Below, one piece after another: positions 35,244-45,376 of a stretch of 64,000 bases of DNA (position 1 is the first letter of the stretch; each line of letters starts with the position of its first letter). Under the pieces are notes generated by a model, which did no database searches, had not been told where the DNA came from, and was given only the letters and a program-made list of their open reading frames with translations. The stretch comes from Shigella phage ESh32, in sequence record ON528742, one strand, 5' to 3'. The translations under genes and the position numbers were made by a program.

Positions 35244-37940
35244 ATGAAAGAATTTTATATCTCTATCGAAACAGTCGGAAATAATATTGTTGAACGTTAT
35301 ATTGACGAAAATGGAAAGGAACGTACTCGCGAAGTAGAATATCTTCCGACTATGTTTAGACATTGTAAGGAAGAATCAAAATACAAAGACATTTACGGTA
35401 AAAACTGCGCTCCTCAAAAATTTCCATCAATGAAAGATGCACGAGATTGGATGAAGCGAATGGAAGACATCGGTCTCGAAGCCCTCGGTATGAACGATTT
35501 TAAACTCGCTTATATCAGTGATACATATGGTTCAGAAATTGTTTATGACCGAAAATTTGTTCGTGTAGCTAACTGTGACATTGAGGTTACTGGTGATAAA
35601 TTTCCTGACCCAATGAAAGCTGAATATGAAATTGATGCTATCACTCATTACGATTCAATTGATGATCGTTTTTATGTTTTCGACCTTTTGAATTCAATGT
35701 ATGGTTCAGTATCAAAATGGGATGCAAAGTTAGCTGCTAAGCTTGACTGTGAAGGTGGTGATGAAGTTCCTCAAGAAATTCTTGACCGAGTAATTTATAT
35801 GCCATTCGATAATGAGCGTGATATGCTCATGGAATATATCAATCTCTGGGAACAGAAACGACCTGCTATTTTTACTGGTTGGAATATTGAGGGATTTGAC
35901 GTTCCGTATATCATGAATCGCGTTAAAATGGTTCTCGGTGAACGTAGTATGAAACGCTTCTCTCCAATCGGTCGAGTAAAATCTAAACTTATCCAAAATA
36001 TGTACGGTAGCAAAGAAATTTATTCTATTGATGGCGTATCTATTCTTGATTATTTAGATTTGTATAAGAAATTCGCATTTACTAATTTGCCGTCATTCTC
36101 TTTGGAATCAGTTGCTCAGCATGAAACCAAAAAAGGTAAATTACCATACGACGGTCCTATTAATAAACTTCGTGAGACTAATCATCAACGATACATTAGT
36201 TATAACATCATTGACGTAGAATCAGTTCAAGCAATTGATAAAATTCGCGGGTTTATCGATCTAGTTTTAAGTATGTCTTATTACGCTAAAATGCCTTTTT
36301 CTGGTGTAATGAGTCCTATTAAAACCTGGGATGCTATTATTTTTAACTCATTGAAAGGTGAACACAAGGTTATTCCTCAACAAGGTTCGCATGTTAAACA
36401 GAGTTTTCCGGGTGCATTTGTATTTGAACCTAAACCAATTGCTCGTCGATATATTATGAGTTTTGACTTGACGTCTCTGTATCCGAGCATTATTCGTCAG
36501 GTTAACATTAGTCCTGAGACTATTCGTGGTCAGTTTAAAGTTCATCCAATTCATGAATATATCGCAGGAACAGCTCCTAAACCGAGTGATGAATATTCTT
36601 GTTCTCCGAATGGATGGATGTACGATAAGCATCAAGAAGGTATCATTCCAAAGGAAATCGCTAAAGTATTTTTCCAGCGTAAAGATTGGAAAAAGAAAAT
36701 GTTCGCTGAAGAAATGAATGCCGAAGCTATTAAAAAGATTATTATGAAAGGCTCAGGGTCTTGTTCAACTAAACCTGAAGTTGAACGATATGTTAAGTTC
36801 AGTGATGATTTCTTAAATGAACTATCGAATTATACTGAATCTGTTCTCAATAGTTTGATTGAAGAATGTGAAAAAGCGGCTACACTTGCTAATACAAATC
36901 AGCTGAACCGTAAAATTCTTATTAACAGTCTTTATGGTGCTCTTGGTAATATTCATTTCCGTTACTATGATTTGCGAAATGCTACTGCTATCACAATTTT
37001 CGGCCAAGTTGGTATTCAGTGGATTGCTCGTAAAATTAATGAATATCTGAATAAAGTATGCGGAACTAATGGCGAAGATTTCATTGCAGCAGGTGATACT
37101 GATTCGGTATATGTTTGTGTAGATAAAGTTATTGAAAAAGTTGGTCTTGACCGATTCAAAGAGCAGAACGATTTAGTTGAATTCATGAATCAGTTCGGTA
37201 AGAAAAAGATGGAACCTATGATTGATGTTGCATATCGTGAGTTATGTGATTATATGAATAACCGCGAGCATCTGATGCATATGGACCGTGAAGCTATTTC
37301 TTGCCCTCCACTTGGTTCAAAGGGCGTTGGTGGATTTTGGAAAGCGAAAAAGCGTTATGCTCTGAACGTATATGATATGGAAGATAAGCGTTTTGCTGAA
37401 CCGCATCTAAAAATCATGGGTATGGAAACTCAGCAAAGTTCAACGCCTAAAGCAGTTCAAGAAGCTCTTGAAGAAAGTATTCGTCGTATTCTTCAAGAAG
37501 GCGAAGAGTCTGTTCAAGAATATTATAAGAACTTTGAGAAAGAATATCGTCAACTTGACTATAAAGTTATTGCTGAAGTAAAAACTGCGAACGATATAGC
37601 GAAATATGATGATAAAGGTTGGCCAGGATTTAAATGCCCGTTCCATATTCGTGGGGTGCTAACTTATCGTCGAGCTGTTAACGGTTTAGGTGTAGCTCCA
37701 ATTTTGGATGGAAATAAGGTAATGGTTCTTCCATTACGTGAGGGAAATCCATTTGGTGACAAATGCATTGCTTGGCCGTCGGGTACAGAACTTCCAAAAG
37801 AAATTCGTTCTGACGTACTGTCTTGGATTGACTACTCAACTTTGTTCCAAAAATCGTTTGTTAAACCGCTTGCAGGCATGTGTGAATCGGCTGGTATGGA
37901 CTATGAAGAAAAAGCTTCGTTAGACTTCCTGTTTGGCTGA
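35244..37940 (+). CDS. 43: DNA polymerase gp43 (family B, with 3'-5' exonuclease)
   Basis: 898 aa; exo motif DIEV, polymerase motifs SLYPS and DTDS. Confidence 0.95.
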   Translation: MKEFYISIETVGNNIVERYIDENGKERTREVEYLPTMFRHCKEESKYKDIYGKNCAPQKFPSMKDARDWMKRMEDIGLEALGMNDFKLAYISDTYGSEIVYDRKFVRVANCDIEVTGDKFPDPMKAEYEIDAITHYDSIDDRFYVFDLLNSMYGSVSKWDAKLAAKLDCEGGDEVPQEILDRVIYMPFDNERDMLMEYINLWEQKRPAIFTGWNIEGFDVPYIMNRVKMVLGERSMKRFSPIGRVKSKLIQNMYGSKEIYSIDGVSILDYLDLYKKFAFTNLPSFSLESVAQHETKKGKLPYDGPINKLRETNHQRYISYNIIDVESVQAIDKIRGFIDLVLSMSYYAKMPFSGVMSPIKTWDAIIFNSLKGEHKVIPQQGSHVKQSFPGAFVFEPKPIARRYIMSFDLTSLYPSIIRQVNISPETIRGQFKVHPIHEYIAGTAPKPSDEYSCSPNGWMYDKHQEGIIPKEIAKVFFQRKDWKKKMFAEEMNAEAIKKIIMKGSGSCSTKPEVERYVKFSDDFLNELSNYTESVLNSLIEECEKAATLANTNQLNRKILINSLYGALGNIHFRYYDLRNATAITIFGQVGIQWIARKINEYLNKVCGTNGEDFIAAGDTDSVYVCVDKVIEKVGLDRFKEQNDLVEFMNQFGKKKMEPMIDVAYRELCDYMNNREHLMHMDREAISCPPLGSKGVGGFWKAKKRYALNVYDMEDKRFAEPHLKIMGMETQQSSTPKAVQEALEESIRRILQEGEESVQEYYKNFEKEYRQLDYKVIAEVKTANDIAKYDDKGWPGFKCPFHIRGVLTYRRAVNGLGVAPILDGNKVMVLPLREGNPFGDKCIAWPSGTELPKEIRSDVLSWIDYSTLFQKSFVKPLAGMCESAGMDYEEKASLDFLFG

Positions 37941-37952
37941 TAGAATAAATCT

Positions 37953-37975
37953 AGGGACCTCCGGGTCCCTTTTTC
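37953..37975 (+). terminator. intrinsic terminator
   Basis: agggacctccgggtccct + tttt. Confidence 0.75.
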
Positions 37976-38057
37976 ATACAAGTAATATAAATCTATACTT
38001 ATGAAAAACAGATGATTCTGGACCTTTAGAATTCATTAAAAATTTTTTCACAAAACT

Positions 38058-38088
38058 GTTTACAAGACTGTTCTTCCATGGTACTATA
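38058..38088 (+). promoter_or_regulatory. T4-type early promoter (cassette copy C)
   Basis: aattttttcacaaaactgtttacaag ... atggtactat. Confidence 0.6.
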
Positions 38089-38124
38089 TCAATATCAACT
38101 ACTGATACGGATTTGGAGAATGAA

Positions 38125-38505
38125 ATGAAAATCGCTATTTTGGTTATTGCATTAGGTCTTACTGGTTGTGTGGCTCAAGGACCGGTAGTAAATCAGTCTG
38201 ATGTAGGAAAAATTGTAAACTGTTCAAGCAAATTTTATAATCCTAATGTCAAGTGTTATAAAGAAGCTCCAAATCAAACAGTCGAACAAATGCAGGCGAA
38301 TTTTGACGAAGCTATTCGTCCAGATGAATCTGCTCAAGCATATCGTAATTCTGATGTAATTACACGCGAAGAAAAAATTGAAAACTACTGCGCCGAGCTT
38401 TGGGCTAATTGGGCTAATAATTACCAATGGCGTACTGGTAAAAATGCTCCGATGGAGTATGTAGTGAATTCTTATAATTCATGTGTAAAAAATTTGACTA
38501 AGTGA
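38125..38505 (+). CDS. lipoprotein
   Basis: signal peptide with lipobox LTGC; ATG at 38125 (track ORF starts at TTG 38113). Confidence 0.55.
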   Translation: MKIAILVIALGLTGCVAQGPVVNQSDVGKIVNCSSKFYNPNVKCYKEAPNQTVEQMQANFDEAIRPDESAQAYRNSDVITREEKIENYCAELWANWANNYQWRTGKNAPMEYVVNSYNSCVKNLTK

Positions 38506-38512
38506 GGAAAAC

Positions 38513-38764
38513 ATGGAAACTTTAGTAGCAGGTTCAATTTTTATGGTTTTAGTTTCAGGTGTGTTGGCTATTATTATATACATGCTTCCATGGTTCATTG
38601 CCTTGATGCGTGGGTCAAAATCGACAGTAGGAATCTTTTTCACATCTTTACTGTTTAACTGGTCAATTATTGGTTGGTTTATTACATTTATTTGGTCAAT
38701 TGCGGGTGAAACTAAAAAGTCTGCACAACCAAATCAGGTAATTATCATCAGAGAGAAGGAATGA
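38513..38764 (+). CDS. imm: superinfection immunity membrane protein Imm
   Basis: 83 aa, two TM segments, position between 43 and 42. Confidence 0.75.
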   Translation: METLVAGSIFMVLVSGVLAIIIYMLPWFIALMRGSKSTVGIFFTSLLFNWSIIGWFITFIWSIAGETKKSAQPNQVIIIREKE

Positions 38765-38910
38765 AAAGCAAAATTATAGCAGTGTTGCTTTTAATCTTGA
38801 TGATTATAATAAGTATATACTATAGTGTAACGGTTCCTCTTATGATTCCAACTATTATTTTAGGTTGGGGTTTATTACTGTTACAAGTTAAATATGAATG
38901 TATCAATTGA
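38761..38910 (+). CDS. possible small membrane protein
   Basis: 49 codons read from sequence; ATGA overlap with imm stop. Confidence 0.35.
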   Translation: MKSKIIAVLLLILMIIISIYYSVTVPLMIPTIILGWGLLLLQVKYECIN

Positions 38911-38917
38911 GGTTTAA

Positions 38918-39658
38918 ATGATTAGTGACTCTATGACAGTTGAAGAAATCCGTCTTCATTTGGGGCTTGCATTAAAAGAAAAAGATTTCGTAGTTGATAA
39001 AACTGGTGTTAAAACTATTGAAATTATTGGCGCATCATTTGTAGCAGATGAACCGTTTATTTTTGGCGCTCTTAATGATGAATACATTCAGCGTGAACTT
39101 GAATGGTATAAATCTAAGAGCTTGTTTGTTAAAGATATTCCAGGTGAAACACCAAAGATTTGGCAGCAGGTCGCATCTTCTAAAGGCGAAATTAATTCGA
39201 ATTACGGTTGGGCTATTTGGTCAGAAGATAACTACGCCCAGTATGATATGTGTTTAGCTGAACTTGGTCAAAACCCTGATTCTCGACGTGGTATTATGAT
39301 TTATACTCGTCCATCCATGCAATTTGACTACAATAAAGATGGTATGTCAGATTTCATGTGTACTAATACAGTACAGTACCTGATTCGTGATAAGAAAGTC
39401 AATGCAGTAGTAAGCATGCGCTCAAATGACGTGGTCTTCGGATTCCGTAATGATTATGCATGGCAAAAATACGTATTAGATAAATTAGTATTTGATTTGA
39501 ATGCCGGCGATTCAACTCGTCAGTATAAAGCAGGTTCTATTATATGGAATGTCGGAAGTCTTCATGTATATTCTCGTCATTTTTACTTGGTTGATCATTG
39601 GTGGAATACTGGCGAAACTCATATTGTGAAAAAAGACTATAAAGGTGAGTGGAAATGA
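38918..39658 (+). CDS. 42: dCMP hydroxymethylase gp42
   Basis: 246 aa; thymidylate-synthase-like fold; matches remembered T4 gp42. Confidence 0.9.
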   Translation: MISDSMTVEEIRLHLGLALKEKDFVVDKTGVKTIEIIGASFVADEPFIFGALNDEYIQRELEWYKSKSLFVKDIPGETPKIWQQVASSKGEINSNYGWAIWSEDNYAQYDMCLAELGQNPDSRRGIMIYTRPSMQFDYNKDGMSDFMCTNTVQYLIRDKKVNAVVSMRSNDVVFGFRNDYAWQKYVLDKLVFDLNAGDSTRQYKAGSIIWNVGSLHVYSRHFYLVDHWWNTGETHIVKKDYKGEWK

Positions 39659-40497
39659 TTCAATTCGTAATTCCAAGTTATCAGCGTGTCGGGGCAGTTT
39701 CTGCCCTTGATATGTTTCCGACTGATTATGAACCCCATATTGTAGTGCGTGAACATGAAGAAAAAGCTTATTATGATGCCTATGGGTCTAGAGCTAAAAT
39801 TATAACTATTCCTGATGATGTAAACGGAATTGCCGGTACTCGTAAAGCAATTACTGATATGTATGCAGGTCAACGAATCTGGATGATTGACGATGATACT
39901 ACTATTCGTATGAGTTCAATGCGAAAAAGAGATGACCGTCGTTGTGTGGATAAAGTCAATCAATTAACCCGTGAACAGTTCTATGAATTGATTCAATACG
40001 TCGAAGATGCCATGGATTGTGGGTATTATCACGGTCATGCTCGTCTACCTATTTTTAAAATTACTTCATCTTGGGGTAATTATCGTGAAAATTCATATGG
40101 ATTCACGAATACATGGTATGACCTCGGAAAACTTACTACAGAACAAATTGGGTATGGAAAAATTGATTTGTGCGAAGATATGTATGCATTTCTCAATTTA
40201 ATTAATCAAGGTTATCCGCATTTGGCCTTGTTCAAATATCTGGTTGTATCTGGAAAAGCACAAGCTCCTGGCGGGTGCAGTTCAATTCGTAGTAATTCTA
40301 AACATAATAGAGCGCTTGAGCAAATCAATAGAGAGTTTCCAGAGCAAGCTCGTTGGAAAACTTCTAATATTGAAAAACGAAAATCGTTGGGTGAAGAAGA
40401 CGAGCCATTAAAGGTTCTTCGCATGTGTGTTTCGCGCAAAGAAAAATCAGAAGCATTTCATAAGTTTAATGCTATTCATCCGATAGCAGTTGATTAA
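39649..40497 (+). CDS. GT-A fold glycosyltransferase at the beta-gt locus
   Basis: DxD motif WMIDDDT; unrelated to remembered T4 beta-gt sequence. Confidence 0.6.
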   Translation: MEMIQFVIPSYQRVGAVSALDMFPTDYEPHIVVREHEEKAYYDAYGSRAKIITIPDDVNGIAGTRKAITDMYAGQRIWMIDDDTTIRMSSMRKRDDRRCVDKVNQLTREQFYELIQYVEDAMDCGYYHGHARLPIFKITSSWGNYRENSYGFTNTWYDLGKLTTEQIGYGKIDLCEDMYAFLNLINQGYPHLALFKYLVVSGKAQAPGGCSSIRSNSKHNRALEQINREFPEQARWKTSNIEKRKSLGEEDEPLKVLRMCVSRKEKSEAFHKFNAIHPIAVD

Positions 40498-40521
40498 TGC
40501 CTAAATTTATTGTGTTATAAT
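40497..40521 (+). promoter_or_regulatory. weak candidate middle promoter upstream of uvsX
   Basis: TGCCTAA (imperfect MotA box), 12 nt, TATAAT. Confidence 0.3.
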
Positions 40522-40574
40522 TACTCTATCTTTAACCAGTGAGGAAAATATAATGATGCCTATGGAAAAAATGA

Positions 40575-41756
40575 ATGTCTATTGCAGATTTAAAATCCCG
40601 TTTGATTAAAGCTTCAACTTCTAAAATGACTGCTGAACTGACTACATCTAAATTCTTTAATGAAAAGGATGTAATCCGTACAAAAATCCCAATGCTTAAT
40701 ATTGCTATTTCTGGTGCGATTGATGGCGGCATGCAGTCTGGTTTAACTATTTTCGCAGGGCCTTCTAAACACTTTAAATCAAATATGTCTTTGACTATGG
40801 TTGCGGCATATTTGAACAAATATCCTGACGCGGTTTGTCTATTCTATGATAGCGAATTTGGTATCACTCCAGCTTATTTGCGATCTATGGGAGTTGACCC
40901 GGAACGAGTAATTCATACACCAATCCAGTCAGTTGAACAGCTGAAAATTGATATGGTGAACCAGCTTGAAGCTATTGAGCGTGGTGAAAAGGTTATTGTA
41001 TTCATCGACTCAATTGGTAATATGGCTTCTAAGAAAGAAACGGAAGATGCCTTGAATGAAAAATCTGTGGCAGATATGACTCGTGCTAAATCACTGAAGT
41101 CATTATTCCGTATTGTTACTCCTTACTTTAGCATTAAAAATATTCCATGTGTTGCGGTTAACCATACAATTGAAACAATTGAAATGTTTAGTAAAACCGT
41201 GATGACAGGCGGTACAGGCGTAATGTATTCGGCTGATACTGTATTCATTATCGGTAAACGTCAGATTAAAGATGGTTCTGATCTTCAGGGATATCAATTT
41301 GTTCTAAATGTAGAAAAATCTCGTACCGTTAAAGAAAAAAGTAAATTCTTTATTGATGTTAAATTTGACGGTGGTATCGATCCTTATTCTGGATTGTTAG
41401 ATATGGCTCTAGAATTAGGATTTGTAGTAAAACCTAAAAATGGCTGGTATGCTCGTGAATTTCTTGACGAAGAAACCGGTGAGATGATTCGCGAAGAAAA
41501 ATCTTGGCGTGCAAAAGATACCAACTGCACTACATTCTGGGGTCCTTTATTTAAGCATCAACCATTCCGAGATGCTATTAAACGTGCTTATCAGTTAGGT
41601 GCTATTGATAGTAATGAAATTGTTGAAGCTGAAGTTGATGAATTGATTAACTCAAAGGTTGAAAAATTTAAATCTCCAGAAAGTAAAAGTAAATCAGCAG
41701 CTGATTTAGAAACTGACCTCGAGCAGTTAAGTGATATGGAAGAATTTAATGAATAA
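40575..41756 (+). CDS. uvsX: RecA-like recombinase UvsX
   Basis: 393 aa; Walker A GPSKHFKS; matches remembered T4 UvsX. Confidence 0.95.
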   Translation: MSIADLKSRLIKASTSKMTAELTTSKFFNEKDVIRTKIPMLNIAISGAIDGGMQSGLTIFAGPSKHFKSNMSLTMVAAYLNKYPDAVCLFYDSEFGITPAYLRSMGVDPERVIHTPIQSVEQLKIDMVNQLEAIERGEKVIVFIDSIGNMASKKETEDALNEKSVADMTRAKSLKSLFRIVTPYFSIKNIPCVAVNHTIETIEMFSKTVMTGGTGVMYSADTVFIIGKRQIKDGSDLQGYQFVLNVEKSRTVKEKSKFFIDVKFDGGIDPYSGLLDMALELGFVVKPKNGWYAREFLDEETGEMIREEKSWRAKDTNCTTFWGPLFKHQPFRDAIKRAYQLGAIDSNEIVEAEVDELINSKVEKFKSPESKSKSAADLETDLEQLSDMEEFNE

Positions 41757-42093
41757 AGATGATTTAGACTTAGATCTAGAAATTATCGATGAATCCCCCT
41801 CTTCGGAGGGGGAAGAAGAAAGAAAAGAACGTCTTTTTAATGAGTCTCTTAAGATAATTAAATCCGCTATGGAAAATGTTATCCAGGAGATTGTCATTAA
41901 ACTAGAAGATGGTTCTACACACATTGTGTATGTGACAAAATTAGATTGGGTTAATGGAAAAGTCGTAATGGACTTTGCTGTTCTTGACCAAGAAAGAAAA
42001 GCTGAGTTAGCTCCTCATGTAGAAAAATGTATTACAATGCAACTACAAGATGCATTTAATAAAAGGTCAAAGAAAAAGTTTAAATTCTTTTAA
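41749..42093 (+). CDS. 40: head assembly protein gp40-like
   Basis: ORF 41731..42093; ATG at 41749; position between uvsX and 41. Confidence 0.65.
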   Translation: MNKDDLDLDLEIIDESPSSEGEEERKERLFNESLKIIKSAMENVIQEIVIKLEDGSTHIVYVTKLDWVNGKVVMDFAVLDQERKAELAPHVEKCITMQLQDAFNKRSKKKFKFF

Positions 42094-42102
42094 GGAGTAA
42101 GT

Positions 42103-43530
42103 GTGGTAGAAATTATTCTTTCTCATCTCATATTTGATCAAGCTTATTTTTCAAAAGTTTGGCCATATATGGATTCAGAATATTTTGAAAGTGGTCCAGC
42201 TAAAAATACATTCAAATTAATTAAATCTCATGTTAATGAGTACCATAGCGTTCCATCTATTAATGCGTTAAATGTTGCATTAGAAAATAGTTCATTTACT
42301 GAAACAGAATATTCTGGTGTAAAAACACTTATTTCAAAACTAGTTGATTCTCCAGAAGATCACAGTTGGTTAGTAAAAGAAACTGAAAAATATGTTCAGC
42401 AACGAGCAATGTTTAATGCTACGTCTAAAATAATCGAAATTCAAACTAATGCTGAGCTTCCTCCGGAAAAACGAAATAAGAAAATGCCGGATGTTGGTGC
42501 TATTCCTGACATCATGCGTCAAGCATTATCAATTTCATTTGATAGCTACGTTGGTCATGATTGGATGGATGACTACGAAGCACGTTGGCTATCTTATATG
42601 AATAAAGCTCGTAAGGTTCCATTTAAACTCAGAATTCTAAACAAAATTACTAAAGGCGGAGCTGAGACTGGAACACTGAACGTTTTAATGGCTGGTGTTA
42701 ACGTTGGTAAATCATTAGGACTTTGTTCATTAGCAGCAGATTATTTGCAGCTTGGTCATAACGTTCTTTATATCTCCATGGAAATGGCAGAAGAAGTCTG
42801 TGCTAAGCGTATTGATGCTAATATGCTTGATGTTTCTCTTGATGACATTGATGATGGGCATATTTCTTACGCTGAGTATAAAGGAAAAATGGAAAAATGG
42901 CGTGAGAAATCTACTCTCGGTCGTTTAATCGTTAAACAATATCCTACTGGTGGAGCAGACGCTAATACATTCAGGTCTCTCTTGAATGAATTGAAGCTCA
43001 AAAAGAATTTTGTTCCAACAATCATTATTGTCGACTATCTAGGTATTTGTAAATCTTGCCGCATTAGAGTTTATTCAGAAAATAGTTACACAACTGTTAA
43101 AGCTATTGCAGAGGAATTACGTGCTCTGGCTGTTGAAACCGAAACCGTTCTTTGGACTGCAGCACAGGTTGGTAAACAAGCTTGGGACTCTTCCGATGTT
43201 AACATGAGCGATATTGCAGAATCTGCTGGTCTTCCAGCAACAGCTGATTTTATGCTTGCGGTCATTGAAACCGAGGAGCTAGCAGCTGCTGAACAACAAC
43301 TCATTAAGCAAATCAAATCACGATATGGCGATAAGAATAAGTGGAATAAGTTTTTGATGGGTGTTCAAAAAGGAAATCAGAAATGGGTAGAAATTGAACA
43401 AGATTCTACTCCAACCGAAGTGAACGAAGTAGCAGGTTCACAACAGATTCAGGCTGAGCAGAATCGCTATCAAAGAAATGAATCAGCTCGAGCTCAGTTA
43501 GATGCTTTGGCGAATGAATTAAAATTTTAG
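42103..43530 (+). CDS. 41: replicative helicase gp41 (DnaB-like), GTG start
   Basis: 475 aa; Walker A GVNVGKS; no in-frame ATG near N-terminus. Confidence 0.9.
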   Translation: MVEIILSHLIFDQAYFSKVWPYMDSEYFESGPAKNTFKLIKSHVNEYHSVPSINALNVALENSSFTETEYSGVKTLISKLVDSPEDHSWLVKETEKYVQQRAMFNATSKIIEIQTNAELPPEKRNKKMPDVGAIPDIMRQALSISFDSYVGHDWMDDYEARWLSYMNKARKVPFKLRILNKITKGGAETGTLNVLMAGVNVGKSLGLCSLAADYLQLGHNVLYISMEMAEEVCAKRIDANMLDVSLDDIDDGHISYAEYKGKMEKWREKSTLGRLIVKQYPTGGADANTFRSLLNELKLKKNFVPTIIIVDYLGICKSCRIRVYSENSYTTVKAIAEELRALAVETETVLWTAAQVGKQAWDSSDVNMSDIAESAGLPATADFMLAVIETEELAAAEQQLIKQIKSRYGDKNKWNKFLMGVQKGNQKWVEIEQDSTPTEVNEVAGSQQIQAEQNRYQRNESARAQLDALANELKF

Positions 43531-43559
43531 TTTACAAGCTGACAAGACTATGGTATAGT
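43530..43559 (+). promoter_or_regulatory. T4-type early promoter
   Basis: gtttacaagctgacaagactatggtatagt. Confidence 0.6.
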
Positions 43560-43587
43560 AGTCTTGTTGGTTAATGAGGAGATTGTT

Positions 43588-43770
43588 ATGGAATTGGTAA
43601 AGGTAGTTTTTATGGGGTGGTTTAAGAATGAAAGCATGTTTACTAAAGAAACCACAATGATGAAAGATGACGTTCAATGGGCTACTACTCAGTATGCTGA
43701 AGTTAATAAAGCATTAGTTAAAGCTTTCATTGATGACAAGAAAGTATGTGAAGTGGATTGCCGAGGATAA
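43588..43770 (+). CDS. dmd: Dmd antitoxin (discriminator of mRNA degradation)
   Basis: 60 aa MELVKVVFMGWFKNESMF...; GAGGAG RBS; position next to gene 41. Confidence 0.7.
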   Translation: MELVKVVFMGWFKNESMFTKETTMMKDDVQWATTQYAEVNKALVKAFIDDKKVCEVDCRG

Positions 43771-43771
43771 T

Positions 43772-44029
43772 ATGCATATTGTTTTATTTAAACCTACTCC
43801 GTATAACGTCAGGAAAAATACACAATTTAAGGCACTTATTGCGGATACGTGGGAATTGGTGTTAGATATTCCAGCAGAAGAAAGTCCTCCATTTGGTCGA
43901 GTGGAATTTATTAAGTTTGCTGTACGTCCTACGAAGCGACAGATTCGTCAATGCAAAAGATACTTTCGTAAAATCGTCAAGTTAGAGAAACAGTTTGTAA
44001 CATGTGATTATGCAGAAGTTTTAAAATAA
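43772..44029 (+). CDS. hypothetical protein
   Basis: ORF 43730..44029; ATG at 43772. Confidence 0.5.
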   Translation: MHIVLFKPTPYNVRKNTQFKALIADTWELVLDIPAEESPPFGRVEFIKFAVRPTKRQIRQCKRYFRKIVKLEKQFVTCDYAEVLK

Positions 44030-44059
44030 CTGTTTACTTTTGTTGGAAATTGAGATACT
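44030..44059 (+). promoter_or_regulatory. T4-type early promoter
   Basis: gtttacttttgttggaaattgagatactat. Confidence 0.55.
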
Positions 44060-44089
44060 ATATAAACATAAACTACTGAGGAGATTATC

Positions 44090-44383
44090 ATGAAAAAATT
44101 TGTTTTTGCTGCAATTTTTGCTTTAGCTTCTTGTGCTGCTCAGCCTGCTATGGCAGGTTATGATAAAGATTTGTGTGAATGGTCTATGACTGCGGATCAG
44201 ACTGAAGTTGAAACTCAGATTGAAGCAGATATTATGAATATCGTTGAGCGTGATCGCCCTGAAATGAAAGCTGAAGTACAAAAACAGCTTAAGTCTGGTG
44301 GTGTAATGCAGTATAATTATGTTTTGTATTGCGATAAAAACTTTAATAACAAAAATATCGTAACTGAAATCACAGGTGAATAA
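44090..44383 (+). CDS. sp: spackle periplasmic protein Sp
   Basis: 97 aa with signal peptide; position between 41 and 61. Confidence 0.7.
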   Translation: MKKFVFAAIFALASCAAQPAMAGYDKDLCEWSMTADQTEVETQIEADIMNIVERDRPEMKAEVQKQLKSGGVMQYNYVLYCDKNFNNKNIVTEITGE

Positions 44384-44384
44384 T

Positions 44385-45017
44385 ATGATTTATTATATGC
44401 ACAAAAATCCACCGTTTAAATACGGTAAATTTCCTGATGCACAATGTTATAATATAACGCCTGATGAAAATAACCGTGGATATCTTATTGGCACAATTTT
44501 TGTAATTGTTAAAGATAACGAAATCGTTGCCTGGGCAGATTTTAAAGGTACAACACATGATGTTAATCCGGTGCCTTTCACATATTACAATATAATGGAT
44601 TTGGCATATGATTATAATTGGTTTAATCATGACACGTTGGCTCATATTGAAGGTGTAGGATTTGACATCTCTTATTCTAGCTACTCGTTGTGTCCTATGA
44701 GTCGGGCTCATAAAGAACCTGAATATTTTTCATTTAGGAAACGTGTAAACTTTAAACGCAACACAGAGTATGTCGGTGGAATCTTTGTTAAAGATAATCG
44801 AATTATTCGTATTAATTATCCTTTGAGCGTTAGTCAAAAAGATATTGATGTTGATTTAGATTTCACTGAAAATAATATTAATCATATTGCTTCTGTGTAT
44901 TTTGGTATCGATCACAAAATTGTAATATGTGGATATGAATTACCGTTTGAAGAACAGTCTAAAGTAAATGTTTCTATTGACGATCAAATTTTTAATGCTT
45001 TTATGAATAAAGGTTAA
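44385..45017 (+). CDS. hypothetical protein (shares C-terminal motif with next gene)
   Basis: ORF 44376..45017 (GTG 44376); ends ...SIDDQIFNAFMNKG. Confidence 0.55.
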   Translation: MIYYMHKNPPFKYGKFPDAQCYNITPDENNRGYLIGTIFVIVKDNEIVAWADFKGTTHDVNPVPFTYYNIMDLAYDYNWFNHDTLAHIEGVGFDISYSSYSLCPMSRAHKEPEYFSFRKRVNFKRNTEYVGGIFVKDNRIIRINYPLSVSQKDIDVDLDFTENNINHIASVYFGIDHKIVICGYELPFEEQSKVNVSIDDQIFNAFMNKG

Positions 45018-45018
45018 T

Positions 45019-45375
45019 ATGTATAGTTCTGAATTTTCATATTTAAAAATGGAAAAAATTTCATACGATTTTATAGATGAAAAGGTTTATTATAGTTTCC
45101 ATGAACCACGTTTTAATAGTGAGGTTGGGTTTATTGTAGTAAAAGACAATTTCATTTTAAAGATATATTCGGCATTAAAGGATTTTCACTACGAAAATAT
45201 TAACCTAAAATTTGATAAAGAAAACGTTCGTAATTGTGCAGTAACAATTACAGGAAATAAAGGTACGTGTGTTATGTTATCTGATGAAATTAATGATTTG
45301 CTAAATGATGCCGAAAAGGTTGCTATTCCATCTATTGATGACCAAATTTTTAATGCTTTTATGAATAGAGGTTAA
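45019..45375 (+). CDS. hypothetical protein (shares C-terminal motif with previous gene)
   Basis: 118 aa ending ...SIDDQIFNAFMNRG. Confidence 0.55.
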   Translation: MYSSEFSYLKMEKISYDFIDEKVYYSFHEPRFNSEVGFIVVKDNFILKIYSALKDFHYENINLKFDKENVRNCAVTITGNKGTCVMLSDEINDLLNDAEKVAIPSIDDQIFNAFMNRG

Positions 45376-45376
45376 T

